In this document: in pieces, positions 43,188 through 57,793 of the stretch
Layout: every line of letters begins with the position of its first letter
Numbering within the stretch: the first letter of the stretch is position 1
Origin: Octopus vulgaris
Taxonomy: Eukaryota
Direction: 5' to 3'
Assembly: GCA_951406725.2 (NCBI GenBank)
Contig: OX597816.1
Coordinates: 86,304,001-86,368,000, forward strand
DNA: 64,000 nucleotides
Notes under the pieces: generated by a model
Told to the model about the DNA's origin: nothing
The model's database searches: none
The model's input: only the letters and a program-made list of their open reading frames with translations
Position numbers and translations under genes: made by a program

Positions 43188-43229
<42 letters not shown>

Positions 43230-43365
43230 CAGTAGTAAGAGGAGGAGGAGGAGGAGGAGGTAATGGAGAAGGCAGACGGGGAGGAGAAATGGTTATTGGT
43301 ATATATTTCAATTTTTTGCTGGTGGTATTGCCATTACTCTTGCACTCATATATAAGTCTCACCAT

Positions 43366-43720
43366 TAAGTATCTGGACTGTTGCCAAAATAACAAGGCAA
43401 AAGACGCAGAGTAAAGTCGCCTAGAACAGATTGACCTTGAAATCCGCTGTGCATGCGCCCTACGTTTGACGGTTCTAGCTCACTTCCGCTGTTTACAGCT
43501 GTGCTTGGAAGGAAGATGTGTAGCGTATGATCGTCGCATTCACCATGACAGACAAAGTCCTCATGGCAATACCTGCTCAGAAGCCTGCACAAAGTTGCAG
43601 AATGTCTATGAACAGGAGTGTATGCGATAGAGACAATGTACGAGTGTGTCAGACGTTTCCAAGAGGGCTGAGACAATGTCGATAGTGACGAACGCTTTGG
43701 GACAACCAGCAGAACAGCAG
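43366..43720 (+). mobile_element. Mariner 5' fragment, same family as 16381-17270
   Basis: Shared gcttggaaggaag..tcgcattcaccatgacaga..atacctgctcagaag. Confidence 0.8.
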
Positions 43721-44038
43721 AAAATGTAATATTAAAGACAAAAATGAGATATTTGAGTGGTATATAATTTCAGAATATGTATTCTAATTATATGTAAGAT
43801 ATAACTGACTTTATTGATTTTGTTAATTGTAAAATAAAATCTGGTATAATATTTCTATCTCTGTCATCATTTATAAAATTTTTAATAGATATTTTAAGAC
43901 TGGCTTTGAAAATGTGTGCATACGAATGCAATTTAAGAACATGATTAAGGGAGAATTTATATATAATATAATCACAAGAATCTATATTTCTCCTCAAATT
44001 ATTGGTTGATAATGTCTTTCTAATGTTAGCAAACTCTA

Positions 44039-44238
44039 AGACGGTGAGTTGGCTAAAAACGTTAACATGCAGGGTACTCCGTCTGTCGTTGCGGTCTAAG
44101 TTTTGCCTAGGTCGACTTCACATTTTCTCCTTTTGGAGTCGATAAAATAAATACCATTTGGGTACTGGGAGTCGATGTAATCAACTTAACCTCTGACAGG
44201 AAGGAGCTTGCTGACCTTATGCCAAAATCTGAAAACCG
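44039..44238 (+). mobile_element. Degenerate SINE
   Basis: ggtgagttggc head, aggtcgacttc, gtcgataaaataaatacc, gtcgatgtaatc. Confidence 0.7.
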
Positions 44239-45879
44239 CATATAGCAAACGCATGGAAATGTACAGCCACGCAACACAAATATTACGATTGATCCCTGTA
44301 GAAATTCAAAGAAACATTTCATCAACTAAACTGGTAAACTTTTATTCAAATTAATAGTACTTTGAAGTGATAATCAAGAATTGGTGGCAATTCCCTTTTT
44401 ACACTGTGATAACCGAAGTGTAAAACGGAAAACATAGCAATGTATTAAATAATGTTCGTGTCAAATAATTTCTACATTGGACGGGATAGATATAAACTTG
44501 GCTGTTGAATGGGGCCACACTTCGTTCTAACTAAACAGTTTCAAGACACAATAAGTGTGTAAAAGTGGTCAATGAGTCTTAAAGCCATTTTCAAATTTGT
44601 GATACATTGTACATTGTATCTGTGTATTGTACATAAAATGAAAGGGGACATAGAAAGAGAGAGATAAAGAGAGTATGAGAAGTTGCCCGGTGGTCATAAG
44701 ATTTCGTAGTTAGACGAATAAGAGGTATATGCCAGGACACATTATATTGCCTTCTATATAATAGTGAAGTTCCCAAATTGTTTTAGCTATACTGGCATTT
44801 AAATTAATTACCAGCTCTATATCAGAATCTGTGTTTCTATCTATATAAATGCGTGTGCATGTATGTGTTTACGTGCGCAGCTAATCTTGATAACGAACTG
44901 ATTATCAAGTTTGAATCTATCAACACCATAACGTTATGTCTTTATGAATATGTGTTAACTTACTAGTAACTGCGTCACAATTCACTTTCAATAGATTAAG
45001 AATGAATACATTATTGTATTATAGTCACCATAGCACAGTTTCTGCAATTTTAAGTTCCATGTCGTGTAGACAATCATCAAATAATATAAATGCCTACAAA
45101 ATTGTGTTTGGTATGCGGTGTCCCAAAATGACTTGTAACATTCTGATTGGTACTATTTGAAATTTACAGATGCTGGAGGTGTTCTTCGCAGCTAAGATAT
45201 CCGACAGCCTTGATAATGACAGGACGTGTTTTTACAGTTCTAAACGTTGACGAGCTGAAGATACAGATATATAATTACAATCCAACTATGCAACTGAGAT
45301 ACCTTTTCCAAATAACTTTAAAATCGTGAATATCTACAATTTAAATTTGCTATTGAAAATTCTAAGCGAATATGAGAAGACGTAGATAATAGTTTTAAAA
45401 ATTCTCTAAAATATATCTATCAATTATTATAGATAGAATATCTAATATATTTTTATATATATATCAGTCAAAACTGTCATTTATTAAAATGATATTTTAG
45501 GAAAAAAGTAAGTTTAAATGAATAATCAGTTCACTAGAGAAGTAAAATATATAATATAACAAATGTACATAAGCATCAATATCTGCTTTAAATTACCTTT
45601 CAAGAAAACAGAATAAGCAACATTTGTTTAAGCCTTACACCCCCAGCCATGCTCATCGGTTATTGTTATTAAACATCGAGAGGCATTCGCATTTGGTCTG
45701 TTACAGCTGCATGAAAAATATTGTAAGCATAACAATGTGTAAATGTCTACATACACGAAATCGAATATAAGTGCGAGACAAGCAAAATGTTCTAATGAAA
45801 ATTGATCTAAAAAAAGACCAGACCTCAAATGTTTAACACGGTTGCAAAAGTATCTTGTAACACTAAGAGTAAAAGATGT

Positions 45880-47915
45880 TTTTACAGTCGTAGACTCTCT
45901 CGTATGAGTTTGCTGGGTGGGATCGGCAACGAAAAAGATTATGTCGCCCCCGCATGTCATAAAAAGTGACTAAAATAGTTGGTGGTAGGATCTATGCTCC
46001 AGCCTCGTAAAACCTCATCAGCAACGTCTTGTACAAACCCCCAAAATTCTATCTTTTGGTGAAGTATTGTAACTGCCCACAAGTATGTTGTATGAAGAGT
46101 GTGGAGCAAAGCTGACAGGACCTCCACCCCATTCGCCAAACAGGGAAGATCCTGGAGGACAGGATGGTTTCGCGAGTTACTGCCTGAGTGCTGTAAAGGT
46201 GACATCTACCAGGAGTAGGAAATTTCGGTTCAACCTTTGGGAACCTATTCAAATGAGGACCTGGAATGCTCCCTCTCAGAGGGATGATTTTCTGATGGCT
46301 TTGAACTCAGCCGTTTGAGAGTTACTGTGGCAATCATATCATCTCAACTGGTGGTTGTCGCTACCAATGCTATGAGCGCTCTTATGGCTACCATGCTGGT
46401 GGATTAGCCGGGGCGGATTGGCTGGTTCGGATGATATTAGATATAATACATGACATCGAGCGTATTATGTGGCTTAGGATTCGTCGTTTTCTGGGTGATA
46501 TCTCTTTAGTTGTAGTGTATGCTCCGACTGCTATGAGTGATATGTTAATAACGGAGACACTGTACACTCCAGCTGTGCTCTGCCATGGAGAATATCCCCA
46601 ACAGGAAACGTCATTGTTCATAGGACATTGCAATGCATTAACTGAGATTGAGAGAAGGGAATATGAGAGCTTTGTCAGCCCTTTGGGATCCATTGCTATG
46701 GATGAAAATAGTGTGATGTTCCTGGACTTTGCCAATAGCCCCAGGACTTTGCATTACTAGCGTCTGGTACAAAAGTCTTGAGCTGCATCGCTAGACTTGG
46801 TATTCCAGTAATGGCTGTATGGTAAAGGAAATCGTCTACATACTTGTAGATTGTCGCTGGAGACTCTGACAGAACTTCACATTTTTAAACAGAGTGCTAA
46901 TTTCTTTAGCACAGGCCACAGATTTGTTGTGATTGAGTTGAGATTGCGACTGCAGTTCAAGCAGCTGAAGGCAGCCAGAGCCTCACTGGATAAGGACAGA
47001 CTCAAAGACAACAGTGTAAGCAAGAGTGATTCGCAGCAATTTGGATCTGTTATCTTGAGCTGGATCTACGTATGATCCTGTGGGTAAGTGAGAAGCGTAC
47101 AAGGATGCCCTATTGCTGACTGTTCGTGGAGTGTGTTAGTTTCCAAAATCGGTCAAGTCTCTCAACATAGTGTAGTGTAGCGCCAGGTCAAGAATGGGTG
47201 GAGACCCTGGTCATTTTCGTTGGGTTAATCAGAGCACTGAGGTCCGACAGGGAAAATCAAGTCCGAGAAGTTTGCAAGGAGGACAACAATTGCCTTCACG
47301 CGTCTACCTCACGTACTGCTTACACAGGAATTGCTATGCTCAGTGGGTGAAGCCTCCTCCTCTGTATACTTGAGTCTTTGAGTCTGATGGCGCACTTCTG
47401 GTGGAGAGGAGCTGAATGTGGTGGATACCTCGCTGTGCATGCACTTCGAGGAGTTGTATAGGGTAGACCCATCTAGTTCTGATCACAATACTACGACACC
47501 TTCAGCACTGATGACAAACAAGCCAGTCAACTGTGATCTACTGCCCAAACTTGAGGTTCATACGGTGGGAAATCAAGTGAAGAGCAGGAATGCAGCCGGT
47601 GCTTGTGGCATCCGTGGAGGGATGATCAAGAAAGATGGCTTGCAACAATTGGGCTGCTACTATGCTCTCACGCCACAGTAAGGTCTTTGCTAGGGTCTTT
47701 CTAAACAGAGTGCTAAATCATTCCTTTGCATCTCAGCAGCCGGAGCAGTCAGGATTCATGCCAAAGAGGTAATCTACTGATAGGGTCCTGGCTCTTTGCG
47801 TACTCATTGGAAACAAGCCGAGCTATCGGCAGAGGATGCTTGCAGCCTATGTCGACCTCCGGAATGATTTTGACTTGGTGGATTGGGATGTGCTTCGATG
47901 GATTCTGGATGTGAC
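45880..47915 (+). mobile_element. Decayed RTE-like LINE: 5' region, AP endonuclease, RT N-terminus
   Basis: ISLVVVYAPT, DENSVMFLDFA, TWYSSNG..KEI, STGHRFVV, KSRNAAGACGI, PEQSGFMPK, AAYVDLRNDFD. Confidence 0.85.
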
Positions 47916-48340
47916 GTATATCTCCTCAACACAATGTGCTTATGTGTGTATGAACGTATGTTTGTATGTATGTATTTACGTTGACGTTGATTAATAGGCC
48001 ATAACTTTCAATTCGTTCTTGAATATGATAGGAAACACTGAGGTGGTTATGATAACGAATAAATACTTTAAAGTTAAATCATTCATTATAAATTTCTTTT
48101 TGTGATACAATGTATTGTAATTCTCTGTTTAACCTATTATATATGTCAAAATAGTCAGAACAGTTCGGATTATATATATATATATAAGAAGAAAAAAAAA
48201 GTATATATATATATATATAAATATAAGAAAAAATAACAAACATTACAGCTGTTTCTTAAGCATTTTGTACTTGATGAGTGAATACATCCCATTTAAGTAC
48301 CCGTTTCTCTCCGGCATACATTATATTGTTTTACATATAG

Positions 48341-48448
<108 letters not shown>

Positions 48449-48598
48449 ATGCACATATACGTGTCTAATGTGTGCGCACGTGTGTATGTATTTGTGAATT
48501 TGAGTGAGTGTCTGCTAAAACAGAGACACAATAAAACATAACGGTTAATTATGGCATGGAGATAAGATAACTATTATCAATATCCAGTCACTACATTA

Positions 48599-48795
48599 AG
48601 GTGATGAACTGCAGAATCATTAGCACGTCGAGCAGAAGCTTAGCTACATTTCTTGCGTCATTACTTTCTCCGAAGTCGACATTGCCTTTCATCATTGTGG
48701 TATCGATAAAATAAATGGCAGCTAAGTACTTACATTGATCAAGCGAGTTACATTCTCCCCCACAATTGCTGGCATTGTGCTAAAATTTGAAACCA
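48599..48795 (+). mobile_element. Degenerate SINE
   Basis: gcagaatcattagcacg, gtcgacattgcctttcatc, gctggcattgtgctaaaatttgaaacc. Confidence 0.7.
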
Positions 48796-49418
48796 ATATC
48801 TGGTCATTTCATTTAATCATTTGTTGAGATCAAAGAATAACCTGTGTGTAAAGACGTACTCAATAGCTGCTGTAATAACATGTTTACCAGCCGTTCGATA
48901 TTAGTTAGTTTTACTTCATGCATGAGAGATCGATATTGCACAGAAAATATCAACATTTTCACATGCGCGTTCGTGACCTGTTTATGAAACGAAATTACCC
49001 TTAGAGCTGTGGAGTTAAGATACACAATAATTAACGTGTAAAAATAGGTGGATGCAAATTAACGTGTAAGTTCACTAAAGATGTCGAATTTCAAGTCTAG
49101 TAAGACTAATTGGATTATAATAGGAATCACTCACGCACAAGTATATTGTAATAGAAATTAAATGCTTACCGTCAACATCAGTATTATTGTTCAGCTATGA
49201 TCCTTTCATTAGACACTGGTGTTTATTTGATTGCGGAAACCACAGATATTGACCGTAGATCTATATATGCAATTAAACCTTTGTAGATGCTTGTCATCAC
49301 GTAGTTTAATGATATATATGTGTGTGCGTATATATGTGAGGGACTGTCTGCAATTATGCACACACACACCACACACACACACGCGCGCACATACACACAC
49401 ACACATACACACACACAT

Positions 49419-49493
<75 letters not shown>

Positions 49494-50254
49494 TATATAG
49501 ACGTATAAAATCATAATAATAATTAAAATACACTACTTTTCATTAATTCACGCTTCATCCTAATAGAAAATGACTAGACGCTATGACAGCAAAATGTGAT
49601 CTTTTAAAATCTGTAACGTAATTAATAATTAATTATAATCATCTCGTATATGCATACACCACAAAATATATAAATACTAGCAGCAATACAGAAAACATAT
49701 TATGCCACAGTTCCCTAAAATCTTTGCTGAAAATTATTCAGGTTAATAATTAGTTCGGAATAAATTTTTTATTGACCATTCCTGAGAATAACGTTGGCAA
49801 ACCATCAAATTATGGAAAAGTTTAGAAGAATATATACTTACAAATAACAAGGGAAAATTATAATTTACTGATCAAAACACGTTTGATGGAGATGTGTACG
49901 TTGCACTGATTTTTCGTGCATTAATAAGAGTCTTAGTGTGACTGTGAACGAATATTGTATTAGTGCGCATGATTAATTGTGTGTGGTCATGCGCCTAAGA
50001 GCAAGATGTCTATGCATATTAATTTTTGTCCATTCCCGGAAAGATATCATAATGTACTAAAACAACTTATCGTATCACAAGTGTTAATACGGAAATGTTA
50101 CTTGTTTTGGCTTCAATTATTAATATCTAAAAGTTAATATTTCACGGATGTTATATATTAAAATATTGATTAATTTTATTGAGTTTGCTGTTTTAAACAT
50201 TTAAAAACGACCAAACTGAGTTTATATCAAATAACACCGTTGTAGAAGCTTCTT

Positions 50255-50545
50255 CAACGGCTCTTAAGGTGGTTCGGTTATGCAGCCCGGCGTCCAGATG
50301 GTGAGCGGATACGCGATGTCTTCTTTCCACCTCCGCTTCCTAGCTGTCGCAAACGCACGGGCGGGCAGCTGAAGACCTGGTCAACGACGATAAAGGAGGA
50401 CCTCTCCGAACTCTCAGATCCACAGGTGGTCGGTCTGCGCAGATGGAACCGTGACTGGCTCGCTATCTACAGTGACTTCGCACAGGACCGTCGAGCGTGG
50501 GCCGTCATGGTTCGTGATGCCGTCACAAGTACAAGTAAGTACAAG
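50255..50545 (+). mobile_element. RTE LINE 3' end
   Basis: RLLRWFGYAARR..RKRTGGQLKTW..KEDL..AQDRRAW, followed by a short (CAAGTA)-type tandem tail. Confidence 0.85.
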
Positions 50546-51419
50546 ATATCAAATACCAATCGCGAATGTGAAAAAAGTTTTCCAACCTCACCAGTCTACA
50601 ATATTTTGAGCTAATAATGTAACCTATTGAGTCGGACATGGACTAAACAATGACTTCGCCTTGCATGCAGATGAGCGTAACCTCTACTGATAGGTAAATC
50701 AATCAAGTTTTACAAGACAACGTTAATAGTTCAACAGTGTAGCTGGACTCTAATTTTATAGGACTATGTTGAACTAAAATTCAGCGTTTGTTATTAAAAT
50801 TTACTTCCCCCACCTAAATCAGTGTTTCCAGTTTCTTAAACATTACAAAAATATATATTTCAAGTATTTCTATGCTTATGTTTCTTCCACGTTTGTTGTT
50901 CTAAGTGGGCTTGAAATGTTTTAACTTAGGTGGCAAATAGTCAATAGTCTCTAGGAAACAGGCTGAAGAAGATATTGCGATTTCCGCTAGAATTCAATTT
51001 GCTTTTCAGAATGTTTGAAATAAAAACACTCTAAAATATTTGTTATAAACACTTTACTCTTCGAACGCACTTAGACAAAAGTAAGATTTCCGCACCATTT
51101 CTAGATTCAGCAAGAAATATTAGAACACCGGTTGGTTAAAAGTACGAAATGTTATTAAGAATTTCATATCCCCTGATCATAGAACACAAAAATGTTACAG
51201 TAAGTCGTTGTGTTCTCGTGTGAATGGATTTAATATTAAATAAAGAAATGAAGGTAAAATTTGTTATTCAATGATTGTTTCAATAAAGGATTATTTTTAT
51301 AGCATTTTACGTATGGAAATTCATTTTACGCTTGATATTAAAAATTCGTTTCCTATATTGTTTCCTATTAATTTAACATATGATATTTCTTATATGGAAG
51401 CATGAAGATAGATATTTAT

Positions 51420-51438
51420 ATATACTAGAAATATATAC

Positions 51439-51501
<63 letters not shown>

Positions 51502-51693
51502 ATAAAAATTAATATATATATGTGTGTGTATAAATATTATATGTGTATATATGTATATACATAGGTATACTTATAGGTGTATATGTATATACATATACGT
51601 ATATGTATATATACGTATGTATGTATATGTATATTTATATGTATATATGTATGTAAATATATATGTGTTCATATATGTATATATGTGTGTACG

Positions 51694-51742
<49 letters not shown>

Positions 51743-51953
51743 GTATGTATATACATATATATAAATATATATATATATGCACACACGTATGTGTATGTAT
51801 GTTATATGCATGTGTATGCATGCATAGCTACGAAATTGATTTATATATGTGTGCGTGTGTGCGTGCTGATATGCGTGTGCGTGCATATTTACGTATATAA
51901 ATGTATGTACGGGTATGTTTATGGATATATCCATCTATCGATCTCTCTCTCTC

Positions 51954-51990
<37 letters not shown>

Positions 51991-52094
51991 GCATATATAT
52001 GCATACATGTGTGTCTGTAAGTATATAATTAAATACTTACACATATGTATGCACACATTTCCCTTTATACTTATATATATATATATATATATGC

Positions 52095-52170
<76 letters not shown>

Positions 52171-52185
52171 GCAATTATATATAAC
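51420..52185. repeat. Degenerate TA/TG-rich low-complexity tract
   Basis: Directly visible; source of the spurious 267-aa ORF. Confidence 0.9.
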
Positions 52186-54472
52186 GAGAGAAAGAGAAAG
52201 AGAAGGAGAGAGTAATATAAGCATATATGTTTCTGCTTCTATATTTATTTTTATAAATATACTTATGTATGATAGCCTCTTGTACCCTGGGGAACTTATG
52301 TTAATTATTAAATTAATTACTCTATAAATGTTGTGAACCTGCGAACAGTTTCTTAGATTCATTTATGAACGTAAAATTCCTCACATACTCTTTCTATTTG
52401 TACGACATGTTTAGTTGACAATTTGTGATAAATGTTCAAGTCTCATTAATTGTATAAAATCTAGCACTAAGAAACCGTTCGAACTTAATAACTTAGCTAT
52501 CGCGATACAGTGCTCCACGATAACTTTTTTCGAGAGACATCGAACAATTAAATCTACAGGTATTTCTCCATCCTTTTTTTATTCATTCATTTATCTTCCA
52601 AGAATGATATAATATTTTACGAACTATGGTTTCCTCCATCTGTTAGTAGATTTCATTCTCTATCCTTCATTGATGTTTCCTCCTATTGGAAACGTTGGCA
52701 TTTAGAAATATGAAAACATAAGTGAATCTGATAGTAGTTCCATTCCCCCATAGAATAAATACTGGAAACATTATCAACAAAATGAAACTCACAAAAGAAT
52801 TGTTATTGCGATTTTAGAACGCGCACTACACAAGTAAGTGGTGAAGAGAATCAATTAATTAATCATAACTGCCTGAAATAAAGATTATCCTTGAAAAATA
52901 ATGCATGAAATTGAAAAGAGAAAACCCGTATCTATATATTGCAAGATATATGATGTGGTTACACTAAAGAAGCATATGTAAAGCTTCAGCTATGCTATGT
53001 AAAACTCCGACTAGGCTACATCATATGAATAGTAAATATACATAGATTGAGAACCTATTCTTTGTAGGTGTTAAGGAATTCGGTCATAGATATTATACAT
53101 CGCAGAAATGGAATATGAACCAGTAATCCTTTAATCAGTTAGGATGCACGTTAGCAGCTCGCTTGAAAAGATTTCAAAAAATCGTGATCTTATCAGAATA
53201 TTTAACTTTCTCTTCACCTTTTGGCATTAATCGTATGAATAACAAGAATAGAAAAGGCTTTTGACCGAATAGTAGGACGTTTATTTCATTTATTTATTCA
53301 TGTTTATATTATTTTATAATCACATAATGAACGAATGACATTTCTCTTCCATACGAAATATTTAAACAAAATCTTTATAACACACTCTGCAAATTCCATA
53401 TCAATATAAAAGATACTTTTCATTAAGCATTCAGCAGTAATCTTCTAGTACAATGGTGTCACATTTGCTGGATTTATAATGTTTGTACTCGCCCCGAATC
53501 AAACGCATAAAATAAAGAAAAAAGAAACTGTGGTTATATGACATTAAAGTTTCAAAACACACACACGCACAAATACACACACAATCACACAGAAACAAAA
53601 TATAATGTAACTGGATAACACAGACGAGTGAAAAAAAATACTAAGCCTAAAAGACTTCAGAATTTCCAAATACCATTTTTTCATGAACCTAACTTTTGCC
53701 TTCAACGCATTAACCCAACATTAATATTCAGAAAATGTGAGCAGCATTTTTTAAAAGTAATCTCTGCGCAAATATTGTAACAAATGAATAACCAACAGAG
53801 CATTATTTCTTACTGACTAAACAATCAGAGACGAGAAAGAGAGTTCTCTGTTTTTAATGCGAGTTATTCGTGCATTATGCAAACTTATGAAATCAATGCA
53901 TGGCAAATAATGTTTTTCTCTCTATTGCGACTTTTCTCGCTTTAAATCTTTATTATCCACCCATAATTCTTTATCTATTTTCTGTTTTTATATTTCTTGT
54001 CCTTATGTTTCTCCCTCACACTACATATTACATCGCTCCCTCACTATATTTATTTCAGAATCACTGTTTATTGCTTTATCTTCTGTATACTTATAATTTT
54101 CTTTGCGTATAAATGTATCTAATTATCTCTATTACTTTCAGTTAACTTACTGGGAATAAAAGAGTTGCCATAGCAAACATAGAGTGGGAATGGGAGTGGG
54201 AATGGGAATTGTATAGCACATGGATTACATTATATTGCATTTTAAACATATATTAAGTGTAGTTTTATGTATATTTGTTCACAATGTTTCACTTCTATTT
54301 CGTTTTATTTTAGTTGCTGTTGAAAATTTCGGAATGAAGGAGTATATATTTTTCAGATCAGTATATTTATCTGTGTGCAGAGACAGAAATGCGTATAGAG
54401 ATATATTCGTATATATATATACACATTATATATATATATATATATATATATATGCATATATACCTATATATG

Positions 54473-54524
<52 letters not shown>

Positions 54525-55237
54525 TATATACATATACATTTATATATATATATATATATACATACATATGTATATATGCGTGTGTCCTTCATGAAAATTA
54601 ATACTGTCTAAACAAAATAGGACATTTGAACCATTTCAATATATATCCGTATTTAATATTCGTAATATATTAATATTTTGAAATCATTTTGATTATTCAT
54701 ACTGGAAATTTCGAAAATTGAATACTTTTATACGTGGGGAAGGAACTATGTTTTAGAAATACTGAACCATGTTGCAAGTAAGTTTTGAGCGCATAAAAAT
54801 TTGAAGGTCTAGACCACGTAAGAAAAAACAGATAGCGTTGAATACGCTATATACGACGATCTTTTTATCGACTCCATTATGGTATTGTCGAGAAACTCAG
54901 GATTTCAGCTCAATTTTGAATGTAGGTTTAGCATAGAGCATATTTGTTAGTTCACACCTGAGCAATTCACCTGTATTTAGTTTAAAGGCGTCTGCCACTG
55001 GTGTCGAAAAACCAACAGTAGCATAATTAAATCTCAGAATGAGATTGAAACAGTAATCGCTCGATAATGTAAAGTATAGAAGCCATCTTATCATGGCTAA
55101 CCACATTGGGGTGGGGGTGTTACTATAGCTTTATAGCCCCAAGATATCTTCGTCTCTAGCTGGCTTTAGACACAATATCAGTTTCCTTGGAGTATTTGCA
55201 AAGGGAGGCCATCCCTTCCTCGCAAGCCTGAGTGATA

Positions 55238-55280
55238 CGCGCGAACTAGTTTCGGGATTGTTGTCCCTCTTCAACGGGCG
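55238..55280 (-). ncRNA. Variant type I minimal hammerhead (U3, GUU triplet), copy 1
   Basis: CGCCCG-TTGAAGA-GGGA-caacaa-TCCC-GAAA-CTA-GTT-CGCGCG; helix I extends to 55195-55322. Confidence 0.65.
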
Positions 55281-55594
55281 GTAACCACCAGGTCGCGATG
55301 AAGGTGAAGGCCTCTTTGCAAACATATATAAGTTTTTGTAATGGCGTCTGCCACTGATGTCGAAAAACGAACAGTAAGCATAATTAAATCTCAGAATGAG
55401 ATTGAAACAGTAATCGCTCGATAATGTAAAGTATAGAAGCCATCTTATCATGGCTAACCACATTGGGGAGGGGGTGTTACTGTAGCTTTATAGCCCCAAG
55501 AGATCTTTGTCTCTAGCTGGCTTTAGACACAATATCAGCGTCCTTGGAGTATTTGCAAAGGGAGGCCATCCCTTCCTCGCAAGCCTGAGTGATA

Positions 55595-55637
55595 CGCTCG
55601 AACTAGTTTCGGGATTGTTGTCCCTCGTCAACAGGCG
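55595..55637 (-). ncRNA. Variant type I minimal hammerhead, copy 2
   Basis: CGCCTG-TTGACGA-GGGA-caacaa-TCCC-GAAA-CTA-GTT-CGAGCG; the only core difference from copy 1 is at the free N7 position. Confidence 0.65.
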
Positions 55638-56469
55638 GTAACCACCAGGTCGCGATGAAAGTGAAGGCCTCTTTGCAAACATATATAAGTTTTTGTAATG
55701 GCGTCTGCCACTGATGTCGAAAAGCGAACAGTAGGTATAATAAATAAAGAGTAGTCGGCTGTACATACCTCGCTATGAATATATATATATATATCTTATC
55801 CACGCCATTCCTTAACTCTTGTATTCTTATTCGGATACCTGGCAACCCTTCTATTTTTTGTACTTCGATAAAAAAACAAATTCCACAACCTTCTGTCTCA
55901 ATAAACTACTACTGTCTCTGAAAGTTGTTGTTTTTCTTTATATTTACAACGGTTTGCTTGAAGCTAACTTTCTACCTACACCTCGATCCTTGGATCTTGT
56001 ATATATATATAAAACACTTAAAAGAATATGAAACTGTCGAAACCCATGTATGATTAGAAGCAAAATTAATAGTTGTCGTGCTGTACGACATCAGGGGAAA
56101 ATGGACCCTTCAGTTCATTTGTGGGAGAATTTGAACCATATCGAAACAGTTGTTTTACAAAGTACCCATCACTACTCGGAGAATTAGCAGTACTGTACTG
56201 CAACCATTTAGTGCCCGTAGTTACTGGATTGTAGTATTTTTCTTTGTTGCATGGACTCAATTTTATAAGACCTAGAAATTTCAGTAATGGACACAATAAC
56301 ATAGGGCTGATATAATTATGAAATACTGGCATAAGAAGATGTTATTGTGTCATATAACTAAGCACTTAACAAACATTTCCGAGAAAGGAGATAAACATAT
56401 TCCTAATCACAAAATTATTAAGTGTTTGGTTTGTCCATCACTTATTAAACAAATGTATCTGCGGTCTAG

Positions 56470-56690
56470 TCATGTTTTAAATAATTGTATTTTCTGTTTT
56501 TTTCTTTAATCTTCTTGTTTTTTCGTTTATAGAAACATACTGAGAAGAATTTATTGCATGGTTGTCTATATTTCTTTCTATATTGTGCCTTGAAAAACTT
56601 TCCTTTATCAATATAAACATGGTTTGCATCCAACCCTGACATTTAATACTGTAAATCGCACATATGTTATATGTCAACAAAGCACAATAT
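56470..56690 (-). mobile_element. Decayed PLE GIY-YIG endonuclease remnant
   Basis: AIYSIKCQG..NEKTRRLKK resembles PLE IY.I.C..C and R..KE motifs. Confidence 0.4.
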
Positions 56691-57039
56691 TCTTTGCAGA
56701 GAATAATTTTTAAAATATTCTAGAAATACAAAAAGTATTGCGGTAAAAAAGAAAATAATAGACAAGGTAAATACTAAAGGGGGAGATAGGTAATACAGAC
56801 TGTATATCATGCAGATATTATAAACGGATCTAAGCTCATAATTCATCGTCAAAAATATAAATATAAGCAATATCACATGCTTTATTTCCTGATAAACTCA
56901 TGTAAGTTTGCATAATTTTACATGACTTTCAAAAATGAGAATATGGAGGCTAAAATATTTTTGCGTATGCATTCATATATATGTACATGCGTATGTATGT
57001 GTGTGAGTGTGTATGTGAACGTACACATATCTCTCTCCC

Positions 57040-57112
<73 letters not shown>

Positions 57113-57732
57113 TATACATACATATATATCTATGCATATGTGTGTGAATATATAAACGTATACATACATATATATATATATATACATTATATATTAATAT
57201 AAATATATATATAAATATATATATATATGTACATATTTATATATATATACATGTGTGTATATGTATGTATAGATATGCATATTCATACACATAAGCGCAC
57301 GCGTAACCTCTATACTTCATCATCTTCACATTTGTTGATATTTTTCAGAAGTGCGCTTTATGAATATAGTTGACACCGTTGCAAATTGTATCTTTTGTAG
57401 CTTTCATTCCAAGTCACTTTGATTTTTATACAGAGAATGTGGGTCAGATCTCAACCAGTTTATGTACAGATTGGGAGGTTGAGGACGGTCATGTGGGAAT
57501 TTCGGTCAGTTTTCTGCCAGGAGTGTGTATTCAGCCATGTTACATCCGAAACGGAAGCCCTTGTTCAAGCTTTAGCACAGCATATATACTACATGGCGGT
57601 CAGAACAATAGGTATGAAATGTGAGCTGAGTCCAAATTCAGGGTTGTTTCACCCTTTTGCTTGTGTGCATCAGCTCTGTGAGCAGATATTATCTTATTTA
57701 ATCAAGACCTTGCGACTATCTTTGGGTATTAC

Positions 57733-57793
57733 TTTTTTTTTTTGTAAAGTTTCAGCTCACAGCTACGACCATGCTGATGCACCGCCGTTAAAA
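57733..57793 (-). mobile_element. Solo probable LINE 3' tail with poly(A)
   Basis: Reverse complement ttttaacggcggtgcatcagcatggtcgtagctgtgagctgaaactttac(A)n. Confidence 0.75.

Larger units (their letters stand above)
54987..55735 (-). mobile_element. 2.1 tandem copies of a 356-357-bp non-coding unit with one hammerhead per full unit (retrozyme-like)
   Basis: ggcgtctgccactg at 54987, 55343 and 55700; units roughly 95% identical by eye. Confidence 0.85.

Noticed and set aside
51524-52327. 267-aa ORF and the many YIYI, CVCV, poly-L, poly-N, poly-S and poly-R ORFs
   Set aside because: Translations of microsatellites that lack stop codons
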